From positions 12,028,001 to 12,092,000 of the forward strand of contig NC_087252.1 in the NCBI RefSeq assembly GCF_037042905.1: a stretch of 64,000 bases of DNA. The letters run 5' to 3'. This DNA comes from Lytechinus pictus (Eukaryota). Position numbers and translations under genes: made by a program. Below, piece by piece: positions 60,755 through 64,000 of this stretch. The notes below the pieces were generated by a model that made no database searches, had not been told where the DNA came from, and worked only from the letters and a program-made list of their open reading frames with translations. The stretch's first letter is position 1; every line of letters starts with the position of its first letter.

Positions 60755-63700
60755 GTAAGTTAAATTATGTTGCAGATTGAGTTGTTTTGTTAAATTCATT
60801 GATAAATGCGATGCGAGGAACATGGCAACTAAACACGTGAATGTGAATTTTGTATTGCGTGTTTATGCGGATCGATCGAGAGAGAGCTTTTTTAGGAACG
60901 ACTTTAAACGTCAAATTACATGCGACTGCTGCAGCGATTCGCGGTATTTGTCCGGGGCTTTGACGGCTTTTTTAAGATCTAACTTATGTATGCCTAGGCT
61001 ATCAACTAGATCTAGATCTGCACGGACTTAGATAGGCCTTCGTTACATACTTGTAACAATTTAAGTTAAATCTATCACATGCAACAAGTTTGTAAAAAAT
61101 GTATAGGGCCTATAAAAAAAAAATCAAAATTGGACAAGGAGTAAAAGAGCTATGATAAGTTATAAAGATATGGATTTCGGTGAAACAGTTCTATGCATGT
61201 TTTTATGAATTTACTTGACAAACTGATGCAAAGATGTCTCACCTTGTTACATGAAATTATGTTTGTTCTATCCCCCCCCCCCCCTCCAAGACTAGATATT
61301 AATTAATGCAAAAAGGTAACATATCATTCACACCATCATTGACCAAATAAAATAAGTATGATTTCATGTTTTGTTATAAGAAAAGTTAAAGTGGGGTGTC
61401 ATCATCAGCCCATCTAACGAATATTTATTAAGACGTGCATATAACTGTTTTTATAATGCATGAAAAACCCTTTTAGATTTAGTTGTTATCAGATTTTGAT
61501 GAAATTTGCAGCATTTGCTTACATTTGATGAAATTATTTTCAGCTCGGAGTACCCTTTTAAATCGGTTAATTATGGACATTCTTCAAATCCCCTTTTCTA
61601 ACAAATTCTTATTTGTCGGACTTCTGATTTCAATTTTTTTTTTCGGAGGGGGTGGGGTCTATTTGGTATAAGCTTCACCAAAGCTGTGCAAATGATATCG
61701 AAATTATAATTTAAAGAAATTTATTCAAAAATATAAATATATTTTGGGGGAGGGTGTGGGGGGTATTTCTTATTTTTTCTACAATCTGGTCGAGCTACAT
61801 TACATGAGGTTCGCCAACTTTCTACACAAAATCATTCAATATTTAAAAAAAAAATGAAAAGACAGATTTTTGAAAATAAAAAAAAATTATAGTTTTAATT
61901 TTTTTTTTAGTTTTTTTTCTTAAGTAGTGTTTTTTTTTAAATAAACTTTAACTCTGAAAATTTGGCCTTGTTTTCTTTCGTTGTGTTAAACATGTTAAAG
62001 GCACGGGATCTACAGAGCAACTGTATTAGTGCAGTGAGGACAAGACATCTCAGAACCAACATACAGCTGACAGCAGCCCTTCAAGAAGTAATTTAAGACT
62101 CTGATATGGGATTCACCATTACCACAGCTTCAGGTAGCTTTCCATGCTTTATCCATATTCTATATGGAAATAGTGTGCCAGTTTTGACTTTATCATGTCA
62201 GTTGTAACCGATTTTTCCACGAATTAATTGACGTTTTATAAGATATTGTTTTAAAATTTATTTTACCACTATTAGTACATGAAATCTAGAATTATGGAAA
62301 ATAAAAAAATATATAAAATGATAAAAACAAAAAAAAATTAAAAAAAATATAGAATTTGGATAAACGCTCATGCAGAGAAAGCTTTTTGCAAGTGATATAT
62401 CAAATTAAACATTTAAATATGAACATCTCATGAATTTTGGAGGGATTTTTTTTACCCAAAAATAGTTAAATCTTATTATTTTTGGTAGAAAAATATGACA
62501 TCAGGGAGTACTTCCACCTTTATTAGAAATACAAGTAACATTTACACAAAGCCAAAGAGTGTAAAGTTAATGTATTTTAAATATCATAAATGTCCATGAA
62601 TCATGAAGAAATGAGAGTGTAATGTGACTGTTTTTATAACACATTAATATCGGTGAACTTTTCAATTGCATTCATCAAACATGTAGATTTGAGTCATCGG
62701 AACGTGGCATTTTTAAGACTGGAACATGAAGAAAGCAAACAATGCAGAGGAAGAAAATTATCCCCTTTGGTGAACCCTGCTGACATAGTCTCTCAGATAC
62801 TCCCAGATAAGCTATCAACTGGATTTTCCAAATAGAGGGAATATGATATATGGAAAGATCTTAGATGAGGACAAGGCACCTCGCGGCCTCCCCGATAGGA
62901 GAGGAAATTGAACAATGAATACATGTTTTACTTTGAATGAACAAACTCTGAAGTTTTTCGATAAAAAAATTAAACTTAATTTGTAACGTTTGCTTACCCA
63001 TTAGAAGGATGTCATTGTAGAAAATTGAAATGTGGTAAGTTTGCTGCTGTATTAAGAAGTTTGTGATAATGTTAAACACACACACTAAGGAGAGATTATC
63101 GTGTTTTATATCATTTTAGTGCAAATTTGGACAGTGGAGAGCGATGCACATTCCTGAGTTCTGCTATTACTGCTGCATAGAAGATAGTAAATGTTTGTAG
63201 TCTCTTCCATATCAAGAATTAAACTCTGATATTATTTTTTTATTCAAGCATAAGATGTTTACAACGCATATCATTACACACGTGTACAGAGTGTAGCAGA
63301 GAAAAGATGACTATGTATTTGTGAGTATTTGTTAGTTATAATACCTGTCGTATTAATATGTGGAGCCAAGTTTTTATGCACAGTTTTATTCTTCTTTTCA
63401 AACGAAGTGACCTAAAAAAAATCCTTCAGTGATCCAGATAATTTGGCAGCAATATGTGAAATATATTTCCATGACTACCCCATCCCTAAAAAGAAACCAA
63501 ATGTGGCCCATTTCATTAAATATGGATATGATCCCTTGCTCGAATGAAAACTACCATGAAAACAGTGAACCTTCTGCTTCCTGATTCGCTAGTTCAATGA
63601 AAGTTCATATTTCATCAAGAGTTGCTGTCATATTAAATATTTATGAAATGTAGCTCGCATCAGTTTTTCACTATTGTGTATTGCCACCGAAAAAACTTGG

Positions 63701-64000
63701 TTTTGCAAAATTGAATTTTGTTTGTGGTTATTTTCCAAAGCTTAAGCATGATTTTTTTTTAGATTTTACTTTGCGAGAAAGTGAAGTATGGACAAACAGC
63801 ATGGTGGTGTCTTTTTTTTTTTTTTTGGGGGGGGGGTTAAGGGCAGGGACAAATCTAGGATGGAGGTGGGCAGGGGCTTTGGCCCCACTTTTTTTCCCCA
63901 GAACGCATGTATAAACATGTAAAAAATTACCATTTGATTGTGATTTTTTTTTAATGCATGGACAGCCCCTCCCATTTTCAAAAAATGTTCTGAGGCGCCT

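Overview
AT-rich animal genomic DNA; the repeat families and gene style suggest an echinoderm such as a sea urchin (inference). Most of the window is one minus-strand Ig-superfamily locus. At the left is a single intact receptor 3' end: FN3 exon 10631-10924, a 21-nt microexon, a Cys-rich linker exon, a TM exon and a tyrosine-rich cytoplasmic tail ending at 5521. Just upstream is a proximal unit with four intact Ig exons, a frameshifted V-type exon and a 5'-damaged fifth Ig exon. Further upstream are seven tandem ~3-5 kb cassettes (24.5-60.3 kb). Each has a conserved GAAAGCGGGCGCTCTTTC upstream element, a signal-peptide exon, four phase-1 Ig exons and a truncated stub copy of the first ~27 codons of the FN3 exon. 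No cassette has its own TM or tail. The layout resembles clustered protocadherin or chelicerate sDscam loci (variable cassettes plus a shared constant region), with possible secreted forms made via the stubs; splicing to the constant region is in frame but cannot be proven from DNA alone. Interspersed are LINE fragments, MITEs, a Penelope-like GIY-YIG fragment, hammerhead-like motifs and a 147-N assembly gap.
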